From Mycoplasma mycoides subsp. capri (GTDB lineage: Bacteria; Bacillota_I; Bacilli_A; Mycoplasmatales; Mycoplasmataceae), in contig NZ_CP065581.1 in the NCBI RefSeq assembly GCF_018389705.1, forward strand, positions 720,001 to 752,000: a DNA stretch of 32,000 nucleotides, in the 5' to 3' direction. Under the pieces are notes generated by a model. The model saw only the letters and a list, made by a program, of their open reading frames with translations. It was not told the origin of the DNA and ran no database searches. The stretch's first letter is position 1. Every line of letters starts with the position of its first letter. Shown here one piece after another: positions 1 through 12,126 of this stretch. A program made the translations under genes and the position numbers.

Positions 1-1231
1 TTGTTCCTATATTTTGTGGTATTGTTTTATGATCAAAATATATTTTTGTTTTATCTGTTCTTTTAAATAAAAAATCTAATAATCTAGTTGTATATTTTTT
101 ATCTTCTAAAACTTTACTAAACCCATTAATTAATAAAGAAAGGTCTAATTTATTATTAATTAATGGATCAAATCTTTTATCTTCTATTTTTTGATTTAAT
201 AACTGACTTGGATTTGAATATTGTTCGTTAATCACATAATACATACTAAAATATAATTCAGATTGAACATATCTAAATAAGTTATCTAGTATTTTTAAAT
301 AATCAAACTTTAAAAAATAATCTTTTACTTTATTAAAAATAGTTTTAAATTTATCTAATATTTCAATATTTTTTTTATCTTTATTTCATTCTTGTAAAAC
401 TATATTTTTAACATCACTAATAATAAGATCACTAACATCATCAGCAAAATAATCATTATTATTATCACTATAAGTTTTTTTAGTAAAACTGCTTGTAATT
501 AAATTAATGTTTTTATTAAATACTTGTTTAATAGTTAAGTCTTTATAAAAACTTTTATCTACATTTTTAGTTGAAAAAATCTTTGATAAAAGCTTAATCA
601 AAGATTGGTTATTATTAATAAAATCAACAACACTTTTTATAATATTGTTGTTTTTGATCTTATTTAAATGATCTTCATTTTCAAGAGCTTGAGATTGAAA
701 AAAAGATAAACCTAATGATGCTAAAGAAGGAGAAAAACCATTTAAAAAATCTTCTGAAGATCTAGTTAAAGCAGTAATTTTATCAATATTTTTAGGAGTA
801 AATTCACCATTTTTTAAATCAGTAATATCAACTAAATTCTTATTATTATCTCTATATTGTAGTTTTAAATCTTTTTCAATTACATCAATTGATTTTCCAA
901 AATAAGTTCTATAAATATCTGAAACTTTGTTTTTCAAATTAGCATCAGTTTTTTCTGGTTTTCAAATAAAATCTTTTCCAAATTCTTGTTCTAAATATTG
1001 TTCACTTAATTTTTTATTCACATAGTCTTCATTTAAATCTTCAACACTTTTTAAAATTTTACTTTTTGCTAAATAAGAACTAGCATCAATATAACTTTGA
1101 ATTTTGTTTAAATAATTTTGTTTTGATGAATCAACATAAGATCTAATGAAAAATAAAAATCCACTAATAAAAGCAAACATCACTATTAAACTAATTAATC
1201 ACGGTTTTGCTTTTTTAATAGATTTTTTCAT
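1..1231 (-). CDS. Hypothetical membrane-anchored protein; its 3' end runs off the left edge (about 410 aa visible)
   Basis: Minus-strand ATG at 1229-1231, preceded by a GAGGG-type SD (plus strand ccctct at 1235-1240). The N-terminus MKKSIKKAKPWLISLIVMFAFISGFLFFI is a basic stretch followed by one hydrophobic helix. Track ORFs 962..1183 and 386..937 share one frame and are split only by TGA at 962-964 and 386-388. I read that frame from 386 down to position 2 and met no TAA or TAG. Confidence 0.75.
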
Positions 1232-1258
1232 ATTCCCTCTAAAAGTATTTTTGTACTT

Positions 1259-1286
1259 ATTTTATTAAAGAAGAATTGTTAATCAA
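1259..1286 (-). promoter_or_regulatory. Candidate sigma-70-type promoter for the leftward gene
   Basis: On the minus strand: TTGATT (plus 1281-1286), a 16-nt spacer, then TAAAAT (plus 1259-1264). It lies about 25-30 nt upstream of the ATG at 1231. Motif match only, in AT-rich DNA. Confidence 0.3.
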
Positions 1287-1444
1287 TACTTGATTTTTTA
1301 AAGGTGTAACTATATACTTAAATGGCATTTTTGTTTTTTTGTTTTTTATTATTAAAAAAAATAAATTTGGTATTTATATTTTTAATAAATGCTTATAAAA
1401 TGTAATTAATAGTAAATTTATGAATTTAGATATGGAACAAATAG

Positions 1445-4400
1445 ATGAGTAATTTATTTTTAATGTTTAAGCAAGGCTTAAAATGAATCTTAAAATTTAA
1501 ATTACAACTAATTATTATTATTTTTTTAACTTTTATAGCTTCTAGTATTTTAACAATCTCTTTTACAACTAATAAACGTTTAAAAACTGCTTATGATCAA
1601 ATAGTTAATAATTCTAAAAGTCAGAAATTTGATTCAACTTATCAAATAGTTGTTGGAAATAAAGCAAAACCTGAAAATGGTGATCCTTTATTTATTCCTA
1701 TTTTTGATTTTGTAAATAAAGAGTATACTGGATTTAATGATGAGGGTTTTAATAATTTTAATTTGTATTTTAATAAGTTTTATGGAAAAGAAACTTTATT
1801 AACTAAAGTAATTAGTTCAGATGAATTTAAAAAAATTTGAACTAATCAAAAAAATAAGAATTTATTTTTAAAAGATCAAGAAGATGAACAAGTAGCAAAA
1901 AATCAAGAAGATTTTGATTTTGAAATTAATGATTTATTATTTAGTACAATGATTGATCTATTAAATAAAAATGATCAATCTATAAGTAATACAGTTATTA
2001 GTAAATATACTAAAACTAATCCAAACTGATATAAACATTTTTTAAAAGATGATAAACCTTTTACTTGATTAGAATTTTTAAACAATAAAGAATTAATTAA
2101 TAAATTAGAAAAAAAATATCCTGAAGAATTAAAAATCTATTATTATTCTTATTATGCTTTTGAATCTTTTTCTCAATATTTATTTAAAACAATTAGAACT
2201 TTTATAAGACATGATCAATGAAAAGATCAAACTGAAAATATAGCAAAAATTGTTTATGAATTTTTATTTGGAATTGAATTTGAGAACAACTTAAAACATG
2301 ATTTTCAAAAAGAATATATAACTACAAATACAAATAAATACACTACTCATTTTAATAAAACAGTACTAAAAACTGAATTTGAAAAAATGAATTTTTTAAA
2401 CACAAATAAAGAAGATACTTTTTTTTATGACATTATAAAAAAAGGCTTTAAAGGAATTTTAAGACCTTTAATTGTTTATTATTCAGAAGATGATAATTAT
2501 ATTGATATTCAAAAAGTTTCTCAATATAGTGAAACAAATGAATTAAGAGGATTTTTATCAGGTTCTAATGTTTATACACAAAACGTTGATAAATTACCAG
2601 ATATTTTTAAAAACAATGAATTAGTTGATTTACTAGTTTTAAATACAAATCCTTTTTTAAATATTACAAATAAAGCATCAGGTTTTTTTATTAGTAATGA
2701 TGATATTAAAAAATCAACTAATAAAGATTTTATGATTAGTGCTGCATTTTTAACTCACCACAAAATAGTAGCTATTGCTAATGGATATGATTTATACATT
2801 AGACCTGAAACTATTTTTAATGATCCAATTACTAAAAAAACATTTAGAATCATTAATATTTCAGACCAAAACCATACTAATTATTTAGTTTTAAATGGTA
2901 ATAAACCAATAAATGCAAGCCAAATTACAGTTAGTAGACAATTTGCAAAAGCTAATAAAATTAAAATTGGATCAAGTCTAAATTTAGGTCAAGCTGTTGG
3001 ATTAGTAGTTTCAGGTTATGCTGTTGATACTTATTCATTTTTCCCAACTTCAGATCCAAATGTGCCTTTACCAAAATCTGATTCTGGTGGATTAATTTAT
3101 GCTAGTGATAAAACAATTGATCAAATTATTGGTGATGAAACTGATCCAAGTAATAATGATCAAACAACTATTTATAATTTCTTTTTAATTAAAAAACAAA
3201 GTGATGCTAATTTAAATAATTTATATTTAGATCATTTTTCAAAATCTACTAAAATTAGAGAAAATATTAATGCTTATAATAGTAAAGATAAAGCAAATAC
3301 TTTTTATAAAACATATGATTTTGATAAATCTTGATATTCATTAAACTGAACTTTATATCAAAAAATTACTTTTTATTACTCATTAGCAACATTTTTAACT
3401 GCTGGTTTAATTGCTTTAATTGCAGCATTAGCAGTATTTGTTGGTGTTATTAAATCAATTCAAGCAAATGCAAAACAAATTGGTATTTTAAAAGCAAATG
3501 GAGTTTATAGCAAAACTATTGCAAGTTCATATATTTGATATGCTTTAATTTTAGTACTAATATCTATACCAATAGGTTGAATGTTTGGAACAGTACTACA
3601 AGTTCCATTTGTAGGAATTTTTAAAGATTATTTTAGTTTAAAAGTTGAAGTAATTGAATTTGATTGAATTTCAGTTTTAATTAGTGTAGCTATTTTTGGA
3701 TTTTTAATTGGTTTATTTTCATTTATTGTTGCTTTATTTAATATTCATAAACCAGTATTACAAGTAATTAATCATACTAAAAAATGATCAAGACCAAGAT
3801 TAACTGATTGGTTAAAAAAATACTTATTTAAAAAAATTAAATTTAATAATTTATTAATGTTAAAACTAACTGAATCTGGTAAAAAACCTTTTAGTTTATT
3901 ATTAATTTTAACTTTTATAGCAACTTTGTTTATATCAATTGGAATAGCAATTCCATCAATTGCTATTCATACTAAAAACAATTATTTTAAAAATATTAAT
4001 TATAATAACGAGTATCAAATTTTTAACAACATTACTAATACTCCACTTGGAAAAGATACTTTAAATCTTTGAAATGGACATGAAAATTTAGATAATAGTT
4101 ATAAAACTATTAAAACAAGACAACAAGATATTAGTTATTATGATGATCCAAATAGTTATACTTTATCAGTTAATAATTCTTCTATTCTTCCAACTTTAGT
4201 TTATAAAATAGATCAAAAAGAAAATAAAGCTGAAATTTTAACTCCATATAAATCATTTATAAAAAATTATTTAGAAACTGGAATTTCAGATTTATATACT
4301 AATTTATTAGATTGATCTGTTTATCAGTTAAGTATTGCAAATAGTAGAAGTATTTCAATTGGAACTATTGAGCAATTATATGCATATATTTTAAATGACG

Positions 4401-6766
4401 CTGATCTTAATAAACATTTTGAAAATGATCAAGCAAAACTAGATTTTTTAAATATTACCACTCAACCTTTAACTCAGTTTGTATCAAAGATATTAGAAGT
4501 TGTGTTTGATAATAAAGTACAAAAAAACACTGATTGAAAAGATAAAATTTTAAACTTAGTTTTAGGTTATGCTCCTACTTTTATAAAATCTTATCTAACA
4601 AATGATTCAAAAAAAACTCAATTAGCTTTTGGGTTTCAATCTCAAAATGTTATTAGTCAAAAAGACCAATTAGCAACTGTGTTTAGTCCTTATTCAAATA
4701 ATTTAAAAACTAATTATCAAATTTTAGGATTAGATAAAACTCAAAATAGTTTTAAAATTGATGACCAATTAAAAAACAAAGTATTTTTATCAAATTCAGA
4801 TATTCAAAATATTTATCAAATTATTAACTCACCATATCAAAAACAAGGTGATGATTTAATTTCAAGTTCAACAAATCAAATTCTTTATAATAGAAAAACT
4901 AATACTTTAAATGTACCAACTATTTTAAATCAAACTTTAAATAATCATTTTTTAAATAATCAAAATATTTTAGATAATATTAGTTCTTATAATTCTCAAT
5001 TAATGTATAAAACTAAATCAAATGATTTTAAAATTCTACCAAAACAAGCTTGATTATATGATGATACTGATTATTTAAATACTAAATATGTAACTAAACA
5101 TACTAAATGAATAGATCAACCAATTCAAAGTATTAATGATCAAAATAACTATTCTTCTTATGGATATGAAATGGTTGAAAATGATAATAAAAAACATTAT
5201 TATTTAAATCCATATAATTTAGATGTTAATAAATTTACTCAAAGACAAGTAATTGATTTGTGATCTGATAAAAATGAAAATAATAATGATTTAAGTATTG
5301 AAAAACAAGTAGATAATATTGTTGAAAATTCTCCTATTTTTGGTGATTTTGTCATTAATAAAAACGGAGAAATAATTAAGTCATTTTTAAGACCTTATTA
5401 TCAATTAAGAAACTTAAAATTATTTATTCCAATTTCTGATGAAATTAGTTGAGAAGATTTTGCAAAATATGCTTTAGGTTGAGGAAATAATCAAGAACCA
5501 AACGATGATTGAAAAACTAATTTAGAAAAACAAGACGAACACACTAGAGAATATATTCAACCAGCTTTAAAAAAATTAAAAATTAATCAAGTTCCATTAT
5601 CTGTAAAAAATGCTTGAGATTCAGTTTTAACAAATAAAAACATAACAGATTATATTGAAATTAGACCTTATGATTTTTCAATAGAACAAGAAAGAAGAAT
5701 TGATAGACGTCATATTTATTTTCAATTTACTCCAGGATATATAAATATTAAAGGAGTTTTAAAATCAGCTCCAACAACATCTTTAGATAATTTAATTTTA
5801 AATGGTAGTGCTTTATTTTATAGAAGAGCGCTTGGTAAAAGAAAAAATATAGCTCCTATTTTAAAACTTGAAAACAATAAAGTTAATTATGTTAATAAAG
5901 ATTTAAAAATTAAACTAACAAATATAGGAGTTAGTGATATATATGGAAAATCATATGCAATTATTGATTCAGATTTAGCTAATATGATTTATGGATATGA
6001 TATTAGTAGATCTATAAATTATGATTATCGTCCATTTGATACTTCAAAAATTATTAAGAAAAATCAATTATTTAATACTTATAACACTACAAATTGAGAA
6101 AAACAAAATATTATAGATCCTTGAAAAAATACTTATTTAAAATCAAAAAATGTGTATGATTATTCACCACATTATTACTACAATACAATTTTTTCAAATT
6201 CTAATGAACCTTTAACAATTACAAGTTCAATTTCAATTATTCCTGAAAAAAGACTAGGTTTAGCAATTATTGATTTATTAAATTTAAGCGATTATAAAAC
6301 AGCAATTTCTAATGTTAATTTTATAAACCAAACTAAACAATTAATTGATCAATTAACTAAAACTTCAATTTATATAGCAATTATTATAATAACTGCAATT
6401 AGTTTATCGGCTTCACTTTTAATTATGCTTATTACTAATATATATATAAGTCAATATAAATCATTTATGATTATGTTAAGAAGTATGGGTTATACAAATA
6501 AACAAACAATTTGATATGTTTTAGGAATTACAAAAATCTTTAATATATTAGTGATTATTTTAACAATAAGTAGTATTTTTCTACCAATTATGTTATTAAA
6601 TAAACTACTAGTAATTAATAATATTTCTATACCAATATCAGTACAGTGATGATCTTTATTAGTTTGTTTAATTATAGTTTTATTTTCATTTTTTATTGCA
6701 ATATGAATTTCAACTAAAAGCATTAGAAACACACAATTAAGTGAAATTTTAAATCAATCAGAATAA
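1445..6766 (+). CDS. Giant ABC-transporter permease with two FtsX/MacB-type membrane modules (1773 aa)
   Basis: One frame (start position mod 3 = 2) links 1445 to track ORFs 2387, 3857, 4679 and 6152. I translated all the gaps (1445-2386, 3335-3856, 4073-4678, 5054-6151, 6515-6766) and found only TGA, never TAA or TAG. The stop is TAA at 6764-6766. There is an N-terminal TM (LQLIIIIFLTFIASSILTI). FtsX-like 3-4 helix bundles lie at about 3370-3775 (LIALIAALAVFVGVIKSIQANAKQIGILKANG...) and about 6360-6730 (...MLRSMGYTNKQTIW...). Each bundle is preceded by a 600-800 aa hydrophilic region. An alternative start is the ATG at 1463. Confidence 0.85.
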
Positions 6767-6797
6767 AAACAAGATGAAAAAATCATCTTGTTTTTTT
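6765..6797. terminator. Bidirectional rho-independent terminator between the convergent permease and tsaB genes
   Basis: Perfect 9-bp stem, acaagatga (6769-6777) with tcatcttgt (6783-6791), and loop aaaaa. It is flanked by an A-run on the left and T7 on the right, so it reads as hairpin plus U-tract on both strands. Confidence 0.7.
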
Positions 6798-6800
6798 ATA

Positions 6801-7364
6801 TTAAATAAAACTTTTTATATATAAAGGGTTTAATTTGTTATCATCATCAATTTTAATAAAATGTTTTTTTAAATCTAAATAATGTTTTAAATAATCAAAT
6901 TGATAATCATTTACTAATTTATAATCTTGATACTGATTAATTAAATTATTGATTTGATCTTGATCAATTAAACTAATCTCTAATAATTGTTTAGCATTAT
7001 TATAAACACTAACATAATACTTATTACTTCTTGCATCAATACATGAAATTATTTTATTTAATCCTGCTTGATATAATAATGAATTTATAATAAATACATC
7101 AAAATTATTATTTAATACTTTTAAGGTTTTAACTATTGTTAATCCAACTCTAACACCAGTATAACTACCAGGACCAATTGTTAAATAAAAAGCTTTAAGA
7201 TCATTTAAAGTTAAATTATTATTTTTTAAAAATTCTTCTAATTTTAAAATAGCAATATCTGAAAGTTTTTTATTATTTAAAATAATTAAAGAATCAATAA
7301 TTTGATTATCTTTTTCTAATAGATAAATCAATTTTCAATTAGTAGTATCTATAAATAAGTTCAT
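6801..7364 (-). CDS. tsaB: tRNA N6-threonylcarbamoyladenosine (t6A) synthesis protein TsaB (187 aa)
   Basis: Track ORF 6801..7331 extends through TGA (7335-7337) to the ATG at 7362-7364, giving MNLFIDTTNWKLIYLL. It carries the GPGSYTGVRVG motif typical of TsaB/YeaZ. An AGGAG SD lies 8 nt upstream, inside the end of tsaE. True TAA stop at 6801-6803. Confidence 0.85.
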
Positions 7365-7365
7365 C

Positions 7366-7782
7366 TTATTCTCCTATAAAAAATAAACGTTGGTTTTCAT
7401 CTATAATTTTAATTTCAATAATTAACTTATTTATAACATTTAAATCTAAATCTAAATTTTCATATCATTCAATAATATTTAATCCATCTAAAAATTCATC
7501 TAAATACATTTCTATTTCACTATCATTATTTAATCTATAAGCATCCATATGATTGATTTTTAAATCATCTATAAAATATTGATTCATTATTACAAAACTT
7601 GGTGAAGTAATATTATCTTTTATATTAAATTGTTCTAATAAAGCTTTTGTAAAAGTAGTTTTACCAGCTCCTAAATCTCCTTTTAATAAAATATAAAAAG
7701 GGATTTTTTGATTTTGAATGATCTTTTTTATTTTTTTTGCTATTTTATAAGTTTGTTCTAAATTATTGACTTTAACTTTCAT
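7366..7782 (-). CDS. tsaE: t6A synthesis ATPase TsaE (138 aa; 142 aa if the upstream ATG at 7794 is used)
   Basis: P-loop GDLGAGKTTFTKALL. The track ORF ends at TGA (7465-7467). Reading on gives WYENLDLDLNVINKLIIEIKIIDENQRLFFIGE, then TAA at 7366-7368, 1 nt from the tsaB ATG. A GAGG SD sits 6-7 nt before the ATG at 7780-7782, which favours that start over 7792-7794. Confidence 0.85.
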
Positions 7783-7901
7783 ATATAACCTCATTTACTT
7801 TAATTATAAAACTGTTTTTTATAACAAATTATTGTAATTATTCATTCTAATAGTTAATTTTAAAAACTTTTTTTCTAATACTTTAATAGGAGATGATTAG
7901 A

Positions 7902-9311
7902 ATGTTTTTAACTTTATTATCAAGTATGAATTTAACAAATATAAAAGAACCTAATTTAATAAAAACTAATATAATACAAAATTATCGATCTGAATTTAAT
8001 CTAAGTGAAAAAGTAAATATTTCAAGAAGTATTAAAGCTTCAAACACACCTAGTAAAAATAATGATAATAATTTTTATATTTTAAAAAGTTCAGCTAATT
8101 TTTATAATCAAACTGTTGAAAATATTTTAAAAGGTTTTAATTTTAAATTATCAGATGAATATATTAGTTTTATTAAAGATGGATTCAAACTAGAAATAAG
8201 TTTAACAGTAAATTTAGAATTTATAAATACTAAAGATCAGTATTTTAATAATAAATATGATTTAGTCTTTTATTTATCTAATAATAGTTTTACAAATCAA
8301 AGTAGTAAAGATGTGATATGAAAAAATGTAAGATATCAAACTTCAGATAAAATGATTACTGATTATATTGATACTAAAAATCATTGACAGTTTTCATTTA
8401 ATAAAGAACTTTATTTATTTAATTTAAGACACGTTTTTAATAAAAAGTATAATTTTAGATTTACAGACTTTAATAATTTGTATAGTTTTAATTCTTTAAA
8501 ATATAATATTGATACTATTAAATACCGTTTTTATACTCCGCTTTCTTTATATAGTCAAATAAAAGATTTTAATTTCAATATTAATAAAGATAATATAAGT
8601 ATTGATGATATTAAAAAACAAATTTATATTCAACAAACTAGTTTGAAAAACTCTGAATTTTATAAACAAAACAAAGTTTTATGAGATGGGTTATATGACA
8701 ATTTAAAACTAGAACTAGAAGAAGAAAAAAAATTCAAGCGTTTTATTTGAGATGATAAAATCGTTGTTAAAATCACTTTACCAATAAAATCAAAATATAA
8801 AAAATATTTAAAAGATATTTATTTTATAAATACTTATTTTAAAAAAATAGATTTAAATTGATTAATTGAAATAGATGAACTAGAAATAAATAAAACTGAT
8901 TTAAATAATATTAATAAATTATTTGATGATTTAAATTTATTGTTTTTAACAGCTTTTGATACTGAAATTAAAGATAATATTTTAATTATTAAGCCAAAAA
9001 AAGAATATGAGTATAAGTTTTATAATCAAAAACAAATTCTTTTAAAGTTTAAAGATGAAAATATAAATACAATCAATTCTGATACTAATAATCAAAATCA
9101 GTTAACTAATTCAAATATTAATCAAAATCAACAAATAGAATCTAGAGTTAATCAAACTAATATAACTAATAATTCTACTAATAATACTATTTTAAAAAGC
9201 CCTTATTTTTATATGAGTGTTGCTATAAGCTTACTTTTTATAATTTGTTTATTATTTTTATTAAATAAAATTGTCATAAAATACTTGAATAAAAAAAGAA
9301 AAAGTACTTAA
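7902..9311 (+). CDS. Hypothetical Asn/Lys-rich protein with a single C-terminal transmembrane anchor (469 aa)
   Basis: Track ORFs 7893, 8478 and 8940 share one frame, and I read the gaps at 8322-8477 and 8685-8939 (TGA only). An in-frame TAG at 7887-7889 bounds the 5' end. AGGAG at 7888-7892 favours the ATG at 7902 (7893 is the alternative). The C-terminus is an N/Q-rich spacer, then YFYMSVAISLLFIICLLFLL, then the basic tail NKIVIKYLNKKRKST. I recognise no domain. Confidence 0.7.
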
Positions 9312-9339
9312 ATGATAAAATAAATTTCATAGGTAGATT

Positions 9340-10098
9340 ATGAAAATAAAAGCAGTAGGTCTTTCAGAAAAAGGAAATTTCAGAAAAGAAAATCAAGATT
9401 TTTTAAATTATTATAAAAACAGCGATGGTTCATTTTTAGCAATTATTTGTGATGGTATGGGTGGACATAAGCGCGGAGAAATTGCTTCAAGACTAGCAGT
9501 TGATACGCTTGTTGATCTTTTTAAAAAAACTAGTTTTGATAAAAAAGAAAGTAAAGAAATTTTTTCATGACTAGAAAAAAGTGTCTCATATATTATTAAT
9601 GTTATGAAAAAATATGTTGAAGATTTTATAGAAGCAAAAGATATGGGAACAACGCTATCTGCTATTTTAATAGCAAATAATAATGCTCATATTATTAATA
9701 TTGGAGATTCACGAATTTATCATTTAAAAGATCAAAGTTTAAATCAAATTACAATTGATCAAAATTTAATGAACTCTAATTATGATATACAAAAAATCAG
9801 ACAACAAGCTCAAAGATATTATGGAACTAAGTTTAATGAAAATACTTATTGAAAAAGTTTAACAAGTGCTTTAGGTCCTGCTAAAAAACTAAAAATTGAT
9901 AGCTATTTTTTAAAAAATAGTAATGGTTTATTTTGTTTAACAACTGATGGAATACATGATTTTATTGACTCAAAAACTTTTAAAGATTACTTAGATTTAA
10001 AATCTTCATTAAAAACTAAAGCAAAAAACATCATTAAATATTCTATTAATAACTTATCAACAGATAATTTATCAATAATTTTATTAGAGGTTTTATAA
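9340..10098 (+). CDS. prpC: PP2C-family Ser/Thr protein phosphatase (252 aa)
   Basis: NQDF, ICDGMGGH and GDSRIY motifs are present, and the C-terminus has TTDG..D. Fragments 9340 and 9604 plus the tail are joined through TGA at 9568-9570 and 9850-9852. The TAA stop at 10096-10098 overlaps the next ATG (TAATG). Confidence 0.9.
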
Positions 10099-11213
10099 TG
10101 CCAAAAACTAAAAAAGATTTAGGAATAAATAAAGAAGAATTATTAAATCAAGTTGTTAATAATAGATACAAATTAATTAAATATTTAAATTCTGGAGCTT
10201 TTGCAGTTGTTTTTAAAGCACTTGATTTAGATGCTTCTGTTTTAGAAAAAAAAGATGTTTTTGTTGCTGTAAAAATTATTTTAAAAGCTAAAAATAAAAA
10301 TATTGAAACAATTAAAAAACGTCTATTTTTAGAAACCAATACTTTTGCAAAATTATCATTTTCAAAAAACATTGTAAAAATGAAAGATGTTTTTAGTTGA
10401 CAAAATTATTATGTAATTGTTATGGAACTTATTGAGGGTGCTGATTTAAGTAAAAAGTTCAATGCATATAATAACGTCTTATCTAATAAAGAATTTATTT
10501 ATTATTTTTTACAAATTACTAAAGGTTTAAAAGAAATTCATGATAACAACATTATTCATAGAGATGTTAAACCAGCAAATATTTTAATTACAAATGATTC
10601 AAAAGTAAGAATTTCTGATTTTGGTATTTCTAAAATTAAAAGTATTATTTTAGATGATCATCACAATCATATTTCACCAGGAACACCAAGATACACAGCT
10701 CCAGAGCAATTTATAAATTTTGAATCAAGAAAAGATGCTTTTTATTTTGAATCAGATATTTATTCAATTGGTGTGATAATGTATGAGTTTTTAACAGGTA
10801 GCATGTTGTATTTAAATTATGGATCTAATCATACTAGTTCAAAAGAAAAAGAACGCACTAATTTTCAACAAAACATTTTAAAAGATATTACTAGACCAAG
10901 AGAAATTAATCCAAATATTTCTCAAGCACTAGAAAACATTATAATGAAATGTTTAGCAAAAGATTATAAAAATAGATATCACACATTTGATCAAATCATT
11001 GAAGATTTAGAACAAGCAAGACAACAACCAGATGTTAATATTGATTTTCCAAATATGTGATGAGAAGATGAAAATTATTTAAATATTAAAAATAACAATA
11101 CTTTAAAATATAAATATTTTTTTAAAAACACCAACTTTAAATACTTTTTATTTTGAATTTCAATAGTTATTAGTTTATTTATTGTTTTTTTAATAGTATT
11201 AATTTTGAAATAA
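10098..11213 (+). CDS. prkC: Hanks-type Ser/Thr protein kinase with a C-terminal TM anchor and no PASTA domains (371 aa)
   Basis: VAVKII Lys, HRDVKPANIL, DFG and TAPE motifs. Fragments 10098 and 10422 are joined via TGA at 10398-10400. After two consecutive TGA codons (11058-11063) the frame continues to FLFWISIVISLFIVFLIVLILK and TAA at 11211-11213. Confidence 0.9.
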
Positions 11214-11222
11214 GGTGAGTAA

Positions 11223-12125
11223 ATGCAAGGGATTTTAATTAAAAAAGATAGTAATGAAAGTTATGTTTTTTATAAAAACAATATATATAAAGTATATGCA
11301 AAAGGTAATTTAAAAAAAGAACTAAAACCTAAAGTTGGAGATATTGTTGAATTTAGTATTTTAGAAGATGGAAACGGTTATATTAAAGAAATAAAACCAA
11401 GAAAAAATAGTTTAGATAGACCAAAAATCGCAAATGTTGATCAAGTACTAATAGTTACTGCATTATATGAACCTTTATTTTCATCATTTTTATTAAATAA
11501 ATATATTATGATGTTAGAAACACTAAAAATTAAACCAATTTTAATTTTTACTAAAGTTGATTTATTAAAACAAACACCATATTATCAAGAAGTTATGCAT
11601 AAAATTAATTGATATGAAAAAATGCATTATGAAGTTTTAATCATTAATAATAAAGATAATTTAGAAAATAAAAAAGCAATCATTGAAAAACTAAAAAGTT
11701 TTTTAGAAAACAAAATTAGTGTTTTTACAGGACAAACTGGAGCTGGTAAATCTACTACTTTAAATAACTTTTTAGATATGAATAACCAAATTAAAACTAA
11801 TGAAATTTCAAAAAAACTAAATAGAGGAAAACATACTACAACTAGTATTCAACTTTATAATTTAGAAAATAATATTTTTATAGCTGACACTCCAGGATTT
11901 TCAGCATTTGATTTAAATAATATTGATATTGAGCATATTTTATATTCTTGAGAAACATTTATTCCTTTTTTAAACAAATGTAAATTTGTTGATTGCACAC
12001 ATACTCATGAAAGTAAATGTGAAGTAAAAAAAGCTGTAGCTGAGCATTTACTACCAACATTCATTTATAATGATTATGTAAAAGTGTATGAAGAATTAAA
12101 GCAAAATAGAAAGAATAAATATTAA
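11223..12125 (+). CDS. rsgA: Ribosome small-subunit biogenesis GTPase RsgA/CpgA (300 aa)
   Basis: Circularly permuted GTPase order: TKVDL (G4) comes before GQTGAGKST (G1) and DTPGF (G3). C-terminal zinc knuckle CKFVDCTHTHESKC. SD AAGGTGA. Joined through TGA at 11610-11612 and 11949-11951. Confidence 0.9.
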
Positions 12126-12126
12126 G

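Noticed and set aside
1331-1361. Homopolymer runs (T7, T6, A8) in the 1232..1444 divergent spacer, and A8/T8 runs inside coding regions (e.g. 18066-18073, 12365-12372), as possible phase-variation switches
   Set aside because: The runs are short (8 nt or less) compared with known mycoplasma contingency tracts, and they are common in this base composition. The coding ones sit in housekeeping genes, where slippage would be lethal or deleterious.
1432-1452. Six-codon upstream ORF (MEQIDE) overlapping the permease start codon in another frame
   Set aside because: It has no SD of its own, is trivially short and is expected by chance in AT-rich DNA. There is no evidence for a leader-peptide mechanism.
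6490-6732. Track ORF on the minus strand (80 aa) inside the 3' end of the giant permease gene
   Set aside because: It lies antisense to a verified, continuous, FtsX-motif-bearing frame. It has no SD, and its composition (I/L/K/N-rich) is what antisense AT-rich coding DNA yields by chance.
10170-10215. The degenerate glycine-rich loop of PrkC (LNSGAFAVVFKA instead of GxGxxG) as a sign of a pseudokinase
   Set aside because: The central Gly, the VAVK lysine, HRDVKPAN, DFG and APE are all intact. Ala or Ser substitutions at the outer Gly positions occur in active kinases, so there are no grounds to call it inactive.
10148-10372. Track ORF on the minus strand (74 aa) inside prkC
   Set aside because: It lies antisense to the kinase N-lobe, has no ribosome-binding site and shows no recognisable features. 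It is treated as a shadow ORF.
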